Source: an uncultured Candidatus Saccharibacteria bacterium (GTDB taxonomy: Bacteria; Patescibacteriota; Minisyncoccia; Minisyncoccales; GWA2-38-27). From it: a stretch of 64,000 nt of DNA. The stretch covers positions 66,033 through 130,032 of the forward strand of contig CAZBLV010000013.1 in the NCBI GenBank assembly GCA_964493085.1. Direction: 5' to 3'. Positions 39,950 to 49,685 of the stretch are shown in pieces. How positions within the stretch are numbered: the first letter of the stretch is position 1; each line of letters opens with the position of its first letter. The translations under genes and the position numbers were made by a program. Under the pieces are notes generated by a model. It ran no database searches and was not told where the DNA came from. It was given only the letters and a program-made list of their open reading frames with translations.

Positions 39950-41317
39950 ATGGAAAAATTATTTCAAAGGAAAAAAGTTTTAATCATGGGACTGGGTCTG
40001 CATGGAGGCGGGGCAAGCTCTGCCAAGTTTTTTTATAACCAGGGGGCCGAGGTGCTGGTGACAGACCTTAAAAAAGAAAAGGAGCTGGAAAAGTCCCTTA
40101 AAGAACTAAAGGGTTTGCCCATAGAATATGTTTTGGGAGAACACAGAGAAAAAGATTTTAAGAACGCAGACCTTATAATCAAGAACCCGGGAGTGCCTGA
40201 AGATTCCCGCTTTCTAAAAATTGCCAGAGAGGCCGGCGTTCCTGTCGAAACCGACGTAAATATTTTTTTTAAGTTAGCTAAGAACCGAATAATAGGGGTT
40301 ACCGGAACTAAAGGGAAATCTACGATATCCAGCCTTATTTACCATCTCTTAAGAAAAGCAGGAAAAGACGTTTTTTTAGCGGGCAACATCGGAGTTTCTC
40401 CGTTGGAAGTCCTGCCTGCTCTAAAAAAAGAAAACTGGGTTGTTTTGGAGCTTTCTTCTTTTGAGCTGGAATATTTGGAGGAATCTCCCCATATAGCTTG
40501 CGTTTGCTCTATATATCCCGACCACTTGAACCGGTATAAAAATTTAACAGAATACATTAAGGCCAAGAAAAAAATATACCAAAACCAAAAAGCAAAGGAT
40601 TTTTTAATTCTTAACTGCGATGATCTTGTCGTCAAAGAGATGGGGGAAAAAGCTGTTTCACAAGTTTTTTTCTATTCCAGAAGGAGGTGTTCTTTAAAAA
40701 ACAAAGGATGTTTTTTAAGAGGATCTGAGATTTTCTTTGACGAAGAAGATAGTCCCCTGGCTTCTGTTGAAGACCTTAAAATCAAAGGAGAGCACAATGT
40801 TTCCAATGCCCTGGCTGCCTTGACTGTTGCAAAAATTTTAAAAATTCCAAACAAAAAAATTAAAAAGGGTCTTTCTGATTTTTCAGGAGTTAAAAATCGG
40901 GAAGAAACAGTGCTGGAAAAAGGAGGAGTTAAATTTATAAATGACACTACAGCCACTATCCCAGAGGCCGTTGTCTCTGCCCTGCAAAGATACGGCAAGA
41001 ATGGGATAATTTTGATTGCCGGAGGGGAAGACAAAGGATTGAAATACAAAAAAATGGCAGAAGAGATAAACAAAAAAGTAAAGCGCCTTGTTCTTTTGCC
41101 CGGATCCGCTTCTGAAAAAATTAAAAAACAGGTTGATGTAGGAACAACAATTGTCAATTCTATGGAAAAAGCAGTTCAGGCAGCCTGTCAGGCAGCTGAA
41201 AAAGGCGACATTGTTTTATTGTCCCCCGGGGCTGCCAGCTTTAATCTTTTTGACAATGAGTTTGACAGAGGAGATCAGTTTGTTAAATACATTGAAAGAT
41301 TAATTAACAATGGCTAA
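39950..41317 (+). CDS. murD: UDP-N-acetylmuramoylalanine--D-glutamate ligase
   Basis: 455 aa with GLGLHGGG, the P-loop GVTGTKGKST and HNVSNALAA. Confidence 0.95.
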   Translation: MEKLFQRKKVLIMGLGLHGGGASSAKFFYNQGAEVLVTDLKKEKELEKSLKELKGLPIEYVLGEHREKDFKNADLIIKNPGVPEDSRFLKIAREAGVPVETDVNIFFKLAKNRIIGVTGTKGKSTISSLIYHLLRKAGKDVFLAGNIGVSPLEVLPALKKENWVVLELSSFELEYLEESPHIACVCSIYPDHLNRYKNLTEYIKAKKKIYQNQKAKDFLILNCDDLVVKEMGEKAVSQVFFYSRRRCSLKNKGCFLRGSEIFFDEEDSPLASVEDLKIKGEHNVSNALAALTVAKILKIPNKKIKKGLSDFSGVKNREETVLEKGGVKFINDTTATIPEAVVSALQRYGKNGIILIAGGEDKGLKYKKMAEEINKKVKRLVLLPGSASEKIKKQVDVGTTIVNSMEKAVQAACQAAEKGDIVLLSPGAASFNLFDNEFDRGDQFVKYIERLINNG

Positions 41318-42398
41318 AAAGAAACGCATAGATTATTTTCTTTTTGGTATTGTTTCAGCCCTTATTCTGCTTGGGCTGATGCTGTTGGCTAATGTTTCAG
41401 CGATTAGATCCCAAGAGGTCTTCGGGAACAGCACCCATTATTTGTTTCGCCAAATTATCTATGGATTGGCGCCTGGCTTAATATTAGGCCTTATTGTTTT
41501 TAAAATAGGGCTGGAGCGGATAAGAAAAACTTCTTTTTTCCTGGTATTGGGCAATTTATTATTGATGTTTTTAGTCTTTGTCCCGAAAATCGGCTCCAGC
41601 GCAGGAGGCGCTTCCAGGTGGTTGAATCTTGGCATGTTTTCCTTTCAACCTGCCGAGTTTCTTAAGCTGACCAGCATCATTTACCTTTCTGCTTGGCTGG
41701 CCAGCAGAACTGGTTCCCAAAAAAAGAAGCCGACTTTTTTTCCTTTTATAGTGATAATGGGCTTAATAACGATTTCTTTGTGGTTGCAATCAGACCTTAG
41801 CACCTGGGGGGTGATCTTTATTGGTTCTCTGGTTATTTATTTCCTTTCTGAAACTCCGCTTTGGCATTCTGCTATTTTCCTTTCGGTTGGCCTTAGCATA
41901 GGGGTTTTACTAATAAAGTATGCCGGCTACCGGATAAGCCGCTTAGCGGTCTTTTTAGGAACTAAAAGCGATCCTATGGGGTTGGGTTATCATGTAAAAC
42001 AGGCGCTAATTGCAGTAGGATCTGGGGGAATTGCAGGAATGGGGCTTGGAGCTTCCCAACAGAAGTACGGATTTTTGCCGCAGGCTATGTCTGACTCCAT
42101 ATTTGCAATTTTTGCAGAAGAGTCTGGGTTTATCGGCTGCATTTTGTTGATTGCAGCCTTTGTTTTATTCTTCTGGCGCATTTTTGTAATCGCAAATAAA
42201 AGCAAAGACGGTTTTAGCAAATTATTCGTGATGGGAGCGGGAACTTGGATTTGCGTCCAGGCCTTTATTAATATGGGAGCCATGATACGCCTAATTCCGC
42301 TAACAGGGATTCCTCTGCCCTTTATTACGCTGGGAGGATCGCACATGCTTGCAGAAATACTGGCTGTGGCCCTGATTCTCAAAGTTTCCAAGCGGTAA
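41310..42398 (+). CDS. ftsW: SEDS-family peptidoglycan glycosyltransferase FtsW
   Basis: 362 aa with 10 TM helices, FQPAEFLKL and LPFITLGGSHML. Confidence 0.9.
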   Translation: MAKKKRIDYFLFGIVSALILLGLMLLANVSAIRSQEVFGNSTHYLFRQIIYGLAPGLILGLIVFKIGLERIRKTSFFLVLGNLLLMFLVFVPKIGSSAGGASRWLNLGMFSFQPAEFLKLTSIIYLSAWLASRTGSQKKKPTFFPFIVIMGLITISLWLQSDLSTWGVIFIGSLVIYFLSETPLWHSAIFLSVGLSIGVLLIKYAGYRISRLAVFLGTKSDPMGLGYHVKQALIAVGSGGIAGMGLGASQQKYGFLPQAMSDSIFAIFAEESGFIGCILLIAAFVLFFWRIFVIANKSKDGFSKLFVMGAGTWICVQAFINMGAMIRLIPLTGIPLPFITLGGSHMLAEILAVALILKVSKR

Positions 42399-42420
42399 AA
42401 ATATGATATAATGGCTTAAT

Positions 42421-43536
42421 ATGAAGATTCTTTTCACTGGCGGGGGGAGTGCTGGACACATTTTTCCCATTATTGCCATTGTCCGCAAAATTAAAGAAAA
42501 CCCTCGGGCAAAAAATATAGAGTTTTTATACATAGGACCAAGGGACAAATTTTCCTCTTCTTTGCTTGTCCGGGAAGGGATAGAAGTAAAACAGATTATT
42601 ACTGGAAAGATCAGGAGGTACTTTTCTTTTAAGAACTTTATCGATATTTTTAAAATGCCTGTGGGTTTTTTCCAGGCCTTTTATTATATTTTTGTGTTTT
42701 CTCCGGACTTGATTTTCAGCAAGGGCGGATACGGCTCTGTTTCCAGCGTCATTGCCGGCTGGTTTTTGCTTACTCCGATAATTCTTCACGAGTCAGACGT
42801 TGTGCCCGGTTTGGCCAACAAAATAGCAAGCAAGACGGCCATGGAAATTTTCATTGCTTTCCCGCTAGAAAAAACAGGTTATTTCCCGGCAGAAAAAGTG
42901 CTTTCTGTCGGCAATCCTGTCAGAGAAAAAATATTCCAGGGAAGCAAAGAAGCAGCCAAAAAAATATTTTCTCTTGCGGGCAAAAAACCCCTGATTTTAA
43001 TTATGGGAGGGTCTCAGGGAGCTCAGAGAATCAACAATGTTGTTCTAGCGGTGCTGCCCCAAATGTTAGATAAGTTTGAAATAATCCACCAAACAGGCCG
43101 GGATAATTTTGCCCAGGTTTCAGCAGAATCCCGGGTAATAATGAAATCGGACCAGGAAAAATACTATCATCCCATTAGCTTTCTTAACGAAAACGAACTA
43201 CCCCATGCCTATCAGGCTTCAGATATTATAATCAGCAGAAGCGGAGCCGGAAGCATTTTCGAAATTGCTGCGGCAGGCAAACCCAGCATTTTAGTGCCCT
43301 TGGCTGATTCTTCCCAGGACCACCAGGTAAAAAATGCCTATACCTATTCCTCAAAGGGGGCAGCTGTTGTTATGGAAGAGTTGAGTTTTACCCCCCATTT
43401 TTTAATGGAAAGGTTAATGTATTTATCTTCTAGCCCCGGCAAACTGAAAAAGATGAAGGAAAAAGCAAGAGAATTTTCCAAACCGGACGCAGCTAAAATA
43501 ATATCCGAATATCTAGTTGACTATTTAACTCAATGA
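42421..43536 (+). CDS. murG: UDP-GlcNAc:lipid I N-acetylglucosaminyltransferase
   Basis: 371 aa with FTGGGSAGHIFP, IMGGSQGA and ISRSGAGSIFE. Confidence 0.95.
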   Translation: MKILFTGGGSAGHIFPIIAIVRKIKENPRAKNIEFLYIGPRDKFSSSLLVREGIEVKQIITGKIRRYFSFKNFIDIFKMPVGFFQAFYYIFVFSPDLIFSKGGYGSVSSVIAGWFLLTPIILHESDVVPGLANKIASKTAMEIFIAFPLEKTGYFPAEKVLSVGNPVREKIFQGSKEAAKKIFSLAGKKPLILIMGGSQGAQRINNVVLAVLPQMLDKFEIIHQTGRDNFAQVSAESRVIMKSDQEKYYHPISFLNENELPHAYQASDIIISRSGAGSIFEIAAAGKPSILVPLADSSQDHQVKNAYTYSSKGAAVVMEELSFTPHFLMERLMYLSSSPGKLKKMKEKAREFSKPDAAKIISEYLVDYLTQ

Positions 43537-44510
43537 GGATAGATAGAAAACTTTCCTTGTTGCTGTTGGTCGGGCTTTCCAGCGCGATTTTTTTAGCAAT
43601 TCTGCCCTCGTTCTTTTTTAAAGAAGAGGAGGCGCTTTATTTTAAGAGTCCGGAAAGGAGTATTGTTTTAATGGCAGTGGGAGACATTATGCTTGATCGC
43701 GGAGTGGCTCAAAAGATTAGTAAAAAGGGAGGAGGAGACTTTAGGTTTCCTTTTTTCCGCATTTCAGATTATTTAAATAAAGCTGACATCGTATTTGGAA
43801 ATCTAGAAAGCGTGATTTCCGATAAAGGGAAAAAGGTAGGGAGTATTTATTCTTTCAGGGCTTTTCCGGAAGCGGTTGAAGGGCTGGCCTATGCAGGCTT
43901 TGACGTTCTTTCTGTTGCCAACAACCATGCTTTCGATTATGGAAGAGAGGCCATGGAAGACAGCTTTAAAAGATTAAGGGAAAGAGAAATCCTTTATGCG
44001 GGAGGCGGCTTTACCGAAGAAGAGACGAGACGAGGCGTTATAAAAGAGGTTAAAGGAACTAAAATTTCTTTTTTGGGGTACACCAATCAAGGTTCTCCTT
44101 ATTGGAGAGCAGCAGAAGAGAGTTCGGGTGTCGGCTGGATCGGCCAAGAGATAGTAAAAGATATAAAAAGAGCAAAAGAAAGAAGCGATATAGTAGTGGC
44201 TTCTTTTCATTTTGGCAGAGAATACCAAAAAACTCCCAGCGAAAGCCAAAAAAGATTTTCCTATTTAGCCATTGACTCTGGGGCTGACTTGGTGTTGGGT
44301 CATCATCCTCACGTGATCCAGCCGGTTGAAAAGTATAAAGACGGCTGGATAGCTTATAGCTTGGGCAACTTTGTTTTTGACCAGTATTTTTCAGAAGAAA
44401 CCATGGAGGGCCTTTTGTTAGAGGTGGAGATAAAGGAAAAAAAGGTGAAGGAAGTCCGTCTTGTTGAATTTAAAATATCAGAAGATTATCAGCCCTATTT
44501 TCCGCTTTGA
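43533..44510 (+). CDS. CapA/PgsA-family metallophosphatase-like protein
   Basis: 325 aa with an N-terminal TM helix, AVGDIMLDRG, GNLES, ANNHAFDYG and GHHPHV. Confidence 0.8.
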   Translation: MRIDRKLSLLLLVGLSSAIFLAILPSFFFKEEEALYFKSPERSIVLMAVGDIMLDRGVAQKISKKGGGDFRFPFFRISDYLNKADIVFGNLESVISDKGKKVGSIYSFRAFPEAVEGLAYAGFDVLSVANNHAFDYGREAMEDSFKRLREREILYAGGGFTEEETRRGVIKEVKGTKISFLGYTNQGSPYWRAAEESSGVGWIGQEIVKDIKRAKERSDIVVASFHFGREYQKTPSESQKRFSYLAIDSGADLVLGHHPHVIQPVEKYKDGWIAYSLGNFVFDQYFSEETMEGLLLEVEIKEKKVKEVRLVEFKISEDYQPYFPL

Positions 44511-44543
44511 CCTTAATAAGAAAAAAGTGTAGAATAACCCAAT

Positions 44544-46004
44544 ATGGGAGCCATTGAAGAGATAAAGAAAACAAGATTAAAAAAGAAAAAAGCCCTTGAG
44601 TCGGCCGGGCATTTAGTTTATCCCTTGAAGAACAAGAGAACTTATACCTGCCAGGAAGCTATTAAAAATTTTTCAAAGCTTTCCAGATCCAAAAAAGAAA
44701 TTATTTTGGCAGGAAGGATTATTTCCTTAAGGCAGCACGGAGCTCTTAGCTTTCTTAACCTTAAAGACGGCACCGGAAAAATTCAGGCCATGATAAAAAA
44801 AGACAGCTTGGGAGAAAAAGGATATGTTTTTTTTCTAGAGAACTTTGATGTCGGGGATTTTGCGGAATTAAAAGGGACTTTGATTAAGACGAAAAAAGGC
44901 GAGAAAACCTTGGAGTGCCGGGACTACAAAATTCTGGCTAAGTCTTTGCTTCCTCTTCCTGAAAAATGGCATGGCATAAAAGATGTTGAAGAAAGGTACA
45001 GAAAGCGCTATTTAGACTTAACATTCAACGAAGAGATAAGGAAAAAGTTTGAATCCAGGTCAGAGATAATAAAAAAGTTAAGGGATTTTCTAGAAAAAAA
45101 CGACTTTTTAGAGGTAGAAACCCCGATTCTGCAGCCTGTTTACGGCGGAGCTTCTGCCAGGCCCTTTAAAACACACTTAAACGCGCTGGATATTGACCTT
45201 TACTTAAGAATTTCACCAGAGCTTTATCTGAAGCGCTTGTTAATCGGCGGCTTTGAAAAAGTTTATGAAATTGGCAAATGCTTTAGGAACGAGGGCATAG
45301 ACAGGTTCCACAACCCCGACTTTACAATGCTAGAGTTTTACTGGGCTTACGCTGACTACAAAGATCTGATGAAATTGACAGAAGAGCTTTTTTCTTTTTT
45401 ACTGGAAAAGCTTTTTAAAAAAGAAAAGATCAGCTATCAAGGAAAAGAAATTAACTTTAAAAAGCCTTGGCTCAGAATAGAGTTTTCAGAATTGTTTAAA
45501 AAACATACAGGCATTGACTTGGAGGGAGTTCACTTGAACGTTCTTAAAAAAGAAGCGGAAAAGATTGGTCTTAGCCCCAAAGGAGGAAAGTTTGAAGTAG
45601 CAGATGAAATTTACAAAAAGACCTGTCTGCCCAAAATAATCCAGCCTACTTTTGTGATCCATTATCCTTCCTCTGCTTTTCCTTTGGCTAAACCCTTAGA
45701 GAAAGATCCTGAAAAATCGGGAAGCTTTCAACTAATCGTAGCGGGGATGGAGACAGTAAAAGCTTTTTCCGAACTTAACGATCCGGTATTGCAGAAAAAA
45801 AGGTTCAAAGAACAAGAAAAAATATTTAAACAGGGCTTTGAAGAGGCCCAGAGAATGGACAAGGACTTTATTGAGGCCCTAGAGTACGGCATGCCTCCGG
45901 CTGCCGGCTTTGGACTGGGGATTGACCGCCTTGTTGCCCTTTTAACTGATTCTCGGTCTCTAAGAGAAGCTATCTTGTTTCCCACAATGAAGCCCAAACA
46001 GTAA
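44544..46004 (+). CDS. lysS: Lysine--tRNA ligase (class II)
   Basis: 486 aa with an OB anticodon-binding domain and class II motifs (FRNEGID..HNPDFTMLEFY, GLGIDRL). Confidence 0.95.
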   Translation: MGAIEEIKKTRLKKKKALESAGHLVYPLKNKRTYTCQEAIKNFSKLSRSKKEIILAGRIISLRQHGALSFLNLKDGTGKIQAMIKKDSLGEKGYVFFLENFDVGDFAELKGTLIKTKKGEKTLECRDYKILAKSLLPLPEKWHGIKDVEERYRKRYLDLTFNEEIRKKFESRSEIIKKLRDFLEKNDFLEVETPILQPVYGGASARPFKTHLNALDIDLYLRISPELYLKRLLIGGFEKVYEIGKCFRNEGIDRFHNPDFTMLEFYWAYADYKDLMKLTEELFSFLLEKLFKKEKISYQGKEINFKKPWLRIEFSELFKKHTGIDLEGVHLNVLKKEAEKIGLSPKGGKFEVADEIYKKTCLPKIIQPTFVIHYPSSAFPLAKPLEKDPEKSGSFQLIVAGMETVKAFSELNDPVLQKKRFKEQEKIFKQGFEEAQRMDKDFIEALEYGMPPAAGFGLGIDRLVALLTDSRSLREAILFPTMKPKQ

Positions 46005-46005
46005 A

Positions 46006-47274
46006 ATGCTGGACATAAATTTTATAAAAGAAAATAAAGAAAAAATAAAAGAAAACTGCCAAAAAAGAGGGGTGGATCTTGATGTTGACAAAATGATAAA
46101 AATTAACGAAGACCGAAAAGTTTTTTTGCGGCAGATAGAAGAAATAAGAGCAGAGAAAAACAAAGCGACTAAAGCGATTCCGCAGATGAAAGACGAAAAA
46201 GAAAAGAAAAAACTTATTAAAAAAATGCAGGAAATAAGCAAAGAAGAGGAAGTCCTCGAGGAACAGTTAGAGAAGAAAGAAAAAGAATACAACGGTCTTG
46301 CCTTTAAGTTGCCCAATCTTTGCCAAACAGAAGTGCCTGTCGGCAAAGACGATTGCGACAATGTTGTTCTAAGAGAAGAAGGCAGAAAGCCCAGCTTTAA
46401 GTTTAAAGCCAAAGACCACCTTGAATTGGCAGAAGCCAAAGATTTAATTGACGTTAAAAGGGCTGCCAAGGTTTCCGGAAGCCGGTTTGGCTACATTAAA
46501 GGAGAAATCGCCCAAATGGAGTTTGCTTTAGTAAGGCTTGCTTTTGACCGTATTTGCCAAAAAGGATTTCAACCTATTATTCCTCCTGTTTTAATAAGGC
46601 CTGAGATGATGTGGGGAATGGGATACATAGACACAGAAGAGGATTTGGCAGAAAGATACTATCTAGACAAGGACAATCTATTCTTAGTAGGAACCGCAGA
46701 ACAGTCAATCGGCCCCATGCACAAAGACGAAATTTTTCAAGAAAGCGACCTTCCTAAGAGATATATAGGCTTTTCAAGTTGCTTTAGGGAAGAAGCTGGG
46801 TCTTATGGCAAAGACACCATGGGGATTTTAAGAGTCCATCAATTTGACAAGGTTGAAATGTTCAGCTTCTGCCATCCCAAGGATTCCAAAAAAGAGCAGA
46901 AAATAATTCTTGGCTTAGCAGAGAGTCTAATAAAGGAATTAGAAATTCCCTACAGGGTGATGCAATTATGCACGGGAGACTTAGCCAGCCCCTCTTCTGC
47001 CACCTATGATATTGAATCCTGGCTGCCGGGCCAAAACAAATACAGAGAAACCCATTCTTGTTCTCTATGCACAGATTTTCAATCCAGGAGGTTGAATATA
47101 AGGTATAAAGACAAAGAAACTAATAAATTAAATTTTGTCCATACTTTAAACGGAACAGCTTTTGCCATAGGCAGAACGCTTATTGCTATTATTGAGAATT
47201 ACCAGCAAGAAGACGGAAGCATAAAGGTGCCGAAAGTTCTCCAGAAGTATTTGAATTTTAAGATCATTAATTAG
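46006..47274 (+). CDS. serS: Serine--tRNA ligase
   Basis: 422 aa with an N-terminal coiled-coil arm, FREEAGS..G..RVHQFDKVE and NGTAFAIGRT. Confidence 0.95.
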   Translation: MLDINFIKENKEKIKENCQKRGVDLDVDKMIKINEDRKVFLRQIEEIRAEKNKATKAIPQMKDEKEKKKLIKKMQEISKEEEVLEEQLEKKEKEYNGLAFKLPNLCQTEVPVGKDDCDNVVLREEGRKPSFKFKAKDHLELAEAKDLIDVKRAAKVSGSRFGYIKGEIAQMEFALVRLAFDRICQKGFQPIIPPVLIRPEMMWGMGYIDTEEDLAERYYLDKDNLFLVGTAEQSIGPMHKDEIFQESDLPKRYIGFSSCFREEAGSYGKDTMGILRVHQFDKVEMFSFCHPKDSKKEQKIILGLAESLIKELEIPYRVMQLCTGDLASPSSATYDIESWLPGQNKYRETHSCSLCTDFQSRRLNIRYKDKETNKLNFVHTLNGTAFAIGRTLIAIIENYQQEDGSIKVPKVLQKYLNFKIIN

Positions 47275-47280
47275 AATGTC

Positions 47281-48039
47281 ATGACTGAAAAGAAGGAGCT
47301 GATTAACAATCTTTGGATTAATTATAAGATCAGCGGGGAAGGGCAGCCCCTTTTGATTTTACATGGCTGGGGCAGCTCTTCTGATTCCTGGAAGCAGGTC
47401 CAAACAATGCTTTCTTTAAAGTACCGGGTAATCTGTCCGGACCTTCCGGGTTTCGGCAAGAGCGACTCTCCTTTGAAGCCGTGGGACGTCTCTGATTACA
47501 CAAATTGGGCAAAGGGTTTTTTAAAGCACCTTGGGATTAAAAAGTTGTCTTTGATAGCCCACTCTTTTGGAGGAAGAATAGCCATAAAAATCCTTGCTGG
47601 AAACTCCAAGCTGGTTTCCAGGGCTGTTTTGTGCGCTCCAGCCGGGATTTTGGAGAAAAAAGATCCTAAAAACAGGTTTATTGAACTTATGGCAAGGGCA
47701 GGAAAAAGCTTCTTTTTTTCTGAAACGCTGAAAGAATTGGCAAGGAAAGTCTTTTATTTCTTTTTAAGAAGAAGGGACTATGTTAAGGCAGAAGGAGTTA
47801 TGAGAGAAACGTTTAAAAAGGTAATCGGAGAAGATCTTTCTCCTTCCCTTAAGGATATTAAAACAAAAACTTTGATTGTTTGGGGGAAAAAAGACAGGAT
47901 GGTTCCGGTTAAACAATCTTATTTCCTTAAAGAAAAGATTGAAGATTCCGAACTGAAAATACTTGCTCGAAGAAGCCATAGTCCCCACCTAGAAGAGCCA
48001 GAAGAGCTTAGTCAAATATTAATAAATTTCTTGAATTAA
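47281..48039 (+). CDS. Alpha/beta hydrolase
   Basis: 252 aa with HGWGSS, the nucleophile elbow AHSFGG, and a C-terminal SHSPHLEEP (catalytic His). Confidence 0.8.
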   Translation: MTEKKELINNLWINYKISGEGQPLLILHGWGSSSDSWKQVQTMLSLKYRVICPDLPGFGKSDSPLKPWDVSDYTNWAKGFLKHLGIKKLSLIAHSFGGRIAIKILAGNSKLVSRAVLCAPAGILEKKDPKNRFIELMARAGKSFFFSETLKELARKVFYFFLRRRDYVKAEGVMRETFKKVIGEDLSPSLKDIKTKTLIVWGKKDRMVPVKQSYFLKEKIEDSELKILARRSHSPHLEEPEELSQILINFLN

Positions 48040-48041
48040 CC

Positions 48042-49685
48042 ATGAGAATTTTATTGCCTATTTTTTGGATAATCATCTCTATCAGAATGTTTCTGTTTTA
48101 TCTTTATTTGTGGCAAATAAAAGAATATCAAGTTAAACGTTTTATAGATCATTTCCGAACAGAAAAAGGGAAGCGCCTTTTTATTAATCAAACCTTCTTT
48201 CTGAAGGTTTTTCTTTTAGCGGGAATTCTGTTTTTTTCCAAGAACCAAAGCATTTTAAGCCAAAGATTTTTCGCTCCTCTTGTCTTATGGGTAACATTTG
48301 TTTTCTTTTTTGCCTTAACCCTTTATACGCTTTTAAGGATTGGGCAGAAAGAAATAAAATACCCTGTTTTTACTAAAAAAATGATTATTCTGGCCGCAAC
48401 GGGGCTGGCAGCCGGGATAATTATTCTCCTCTTCGCTTCTTTTATTGCCAACATTTATAATTTTTCTTTTTACCTTCTTTTAACCAATGTTCTGATACCG
48501 GTTATTGCCAGCTTAATCGTCATATCTTTGCAGCCTTTTGCTGTTTTGCTAAAAAGAAACGACATAAAGAGGGCGACAGCTAAAAGGTCCGGTTTTGCCA
48601 ATCTTAAAACAGTGGGAATTACCGGAAGCTACGGGAAAACTTCAACTAAAGAAATCTTAGCCACTATCCTTTCTGACAAGTTTGATGTTCTTAAAACAGA
48701 AAAGAATCAAAATAGCGAAGCGGGAATCTCTCAGTGTATCTTAAGAGATCTTAATGGCGATCACGAAGTTTTTGTAGCAGAAATGGGGACCTATGGAGTG
48801 GGAGGGATAAAGCTGCTGGCCGATATTGTTCAGCCCCAGATCGGCATATTAACCGGTATAAACGAGCAGCACCTTGCTCTTCAAGGGTCTATCAACAATA
48901 CAATTAAGGCAAAATATGAATTAATAGAGTCCCTTTCCAAGGACGGATTAGCCGTTTTTAACGGAGACAACAAGCACTGCCTTAAGCTTTACGAGGCAAC
49001 AAATATTCCTAAAAAAATTTATACTTTAAAAAAATCCGATGGAGGGGATTCCGATATCTGGGCAGAAGGCGTAAAAGTAGAAAAAAGAAACCTTTATTTC
49101 ACAGTTTCTACCAAAGAAGGAGAAAATGAAGATTTTAGGGTGAATCTTTTAGGAGAGCACAATATTCCCAATGTTCTGGCTGCCGTTTTAGTGGCGCGCC
49201 ATTTAGGAATGAGCTTGAAAGAAATCTCTTCAGCTTGCAAAAAGATCAGAGAAAGCCAGGGAGCAATGCAGCTTTTAGCCGGCACAAGGGGCCTAAACAT
49301 TCTGGATGCCTCTTATTCTGCTAATCCCCAAGGAGTATTCGGCGATCTTCAATATCTTAAAATTCGCCCGCCAAAAAGAATAATTATTATGCCTTGCTTG
49401 ATTGAGCTTGGCAAGAAGTCAAAAGAGGTTCATAAAGAAATAGGCAAGAGGATAGGGGAGGTTTGTGATTTTGCAATAGTCACAACCAAAGAGCGCTTTT
49501 CAGATATCAAAGAAGCGGCCGTTGAAAGCGGTATGGAAGAGAAAGATATAATTCTCATAGAAAAGACGGAAGAAATCTTAAGAAGGTTGGAAATTGTTGC
49601 TGTGCCCGGGGACACCGTCTTGTTGGAAGGGCGAGTTCCCGTTCAACTGAAAGAAGAATTAATAAAAGAAGGTATTAATGTCTAA
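48042..49685 (+). CDS. murF: UDP-MurNAc-tripeptide--D-alanyl-D-alanine ligase with N-terminal polytopic membrane domain
   Basis: 547 aa. Residues 1 to about 175 form 4-5 hydrophobic helices. These are followed by an intact Mur ligase core (GITGSYGKTSTKE, VAEMGTYG, GINEQHL, GEHNIPN, LDASYSANP). Confidence 0.85.
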   Translation: MRILLPIFWIIISIRMFLFYLYLWQIKEYQVKRFIDHFRTEKGKRLFINQTFFLKVFLLAGILFFSKNQSILSQRFFAPLVLWVTFVFFFALTLYTLLRIGQKEIKYPVFTKKMIILAATGLAAGIIILLFASFIANIYNFSFYLLLTNVLIPVIASLIVISLQPFAVLLKRNDIKRATAKRSGFANLKTVGITGSYGKTSTKEILATILSDKFDVLKTEKNQNSEAGISQCILRDLNGDHEVFVAEMGTYGVGGIKLLADIVQPQIGILTGINEQHLALQGSINNTIKAKYELIESLSKDGLAVFNGDNKHCLKLYEATNIPKKIYTLKKSDGGDSDIWAEGVKVEKRNLYFTVSTKEGENEDFRVNLLGEHNIPNVLAAVLVARHLGMSLKEISSACKKIRESQGAMQLLAGTRGLNILDASYSANPQGVFGDLQYLKIRPPKRIIIMPCLIELGKKSKEVHKEIGKRIGEVCDFAIVTTKERFSDIKEAAVESGMEEKDIILIEKTEEILRRLEIVAVPGDTVLLEGRVPVQLKEELIKEGINV

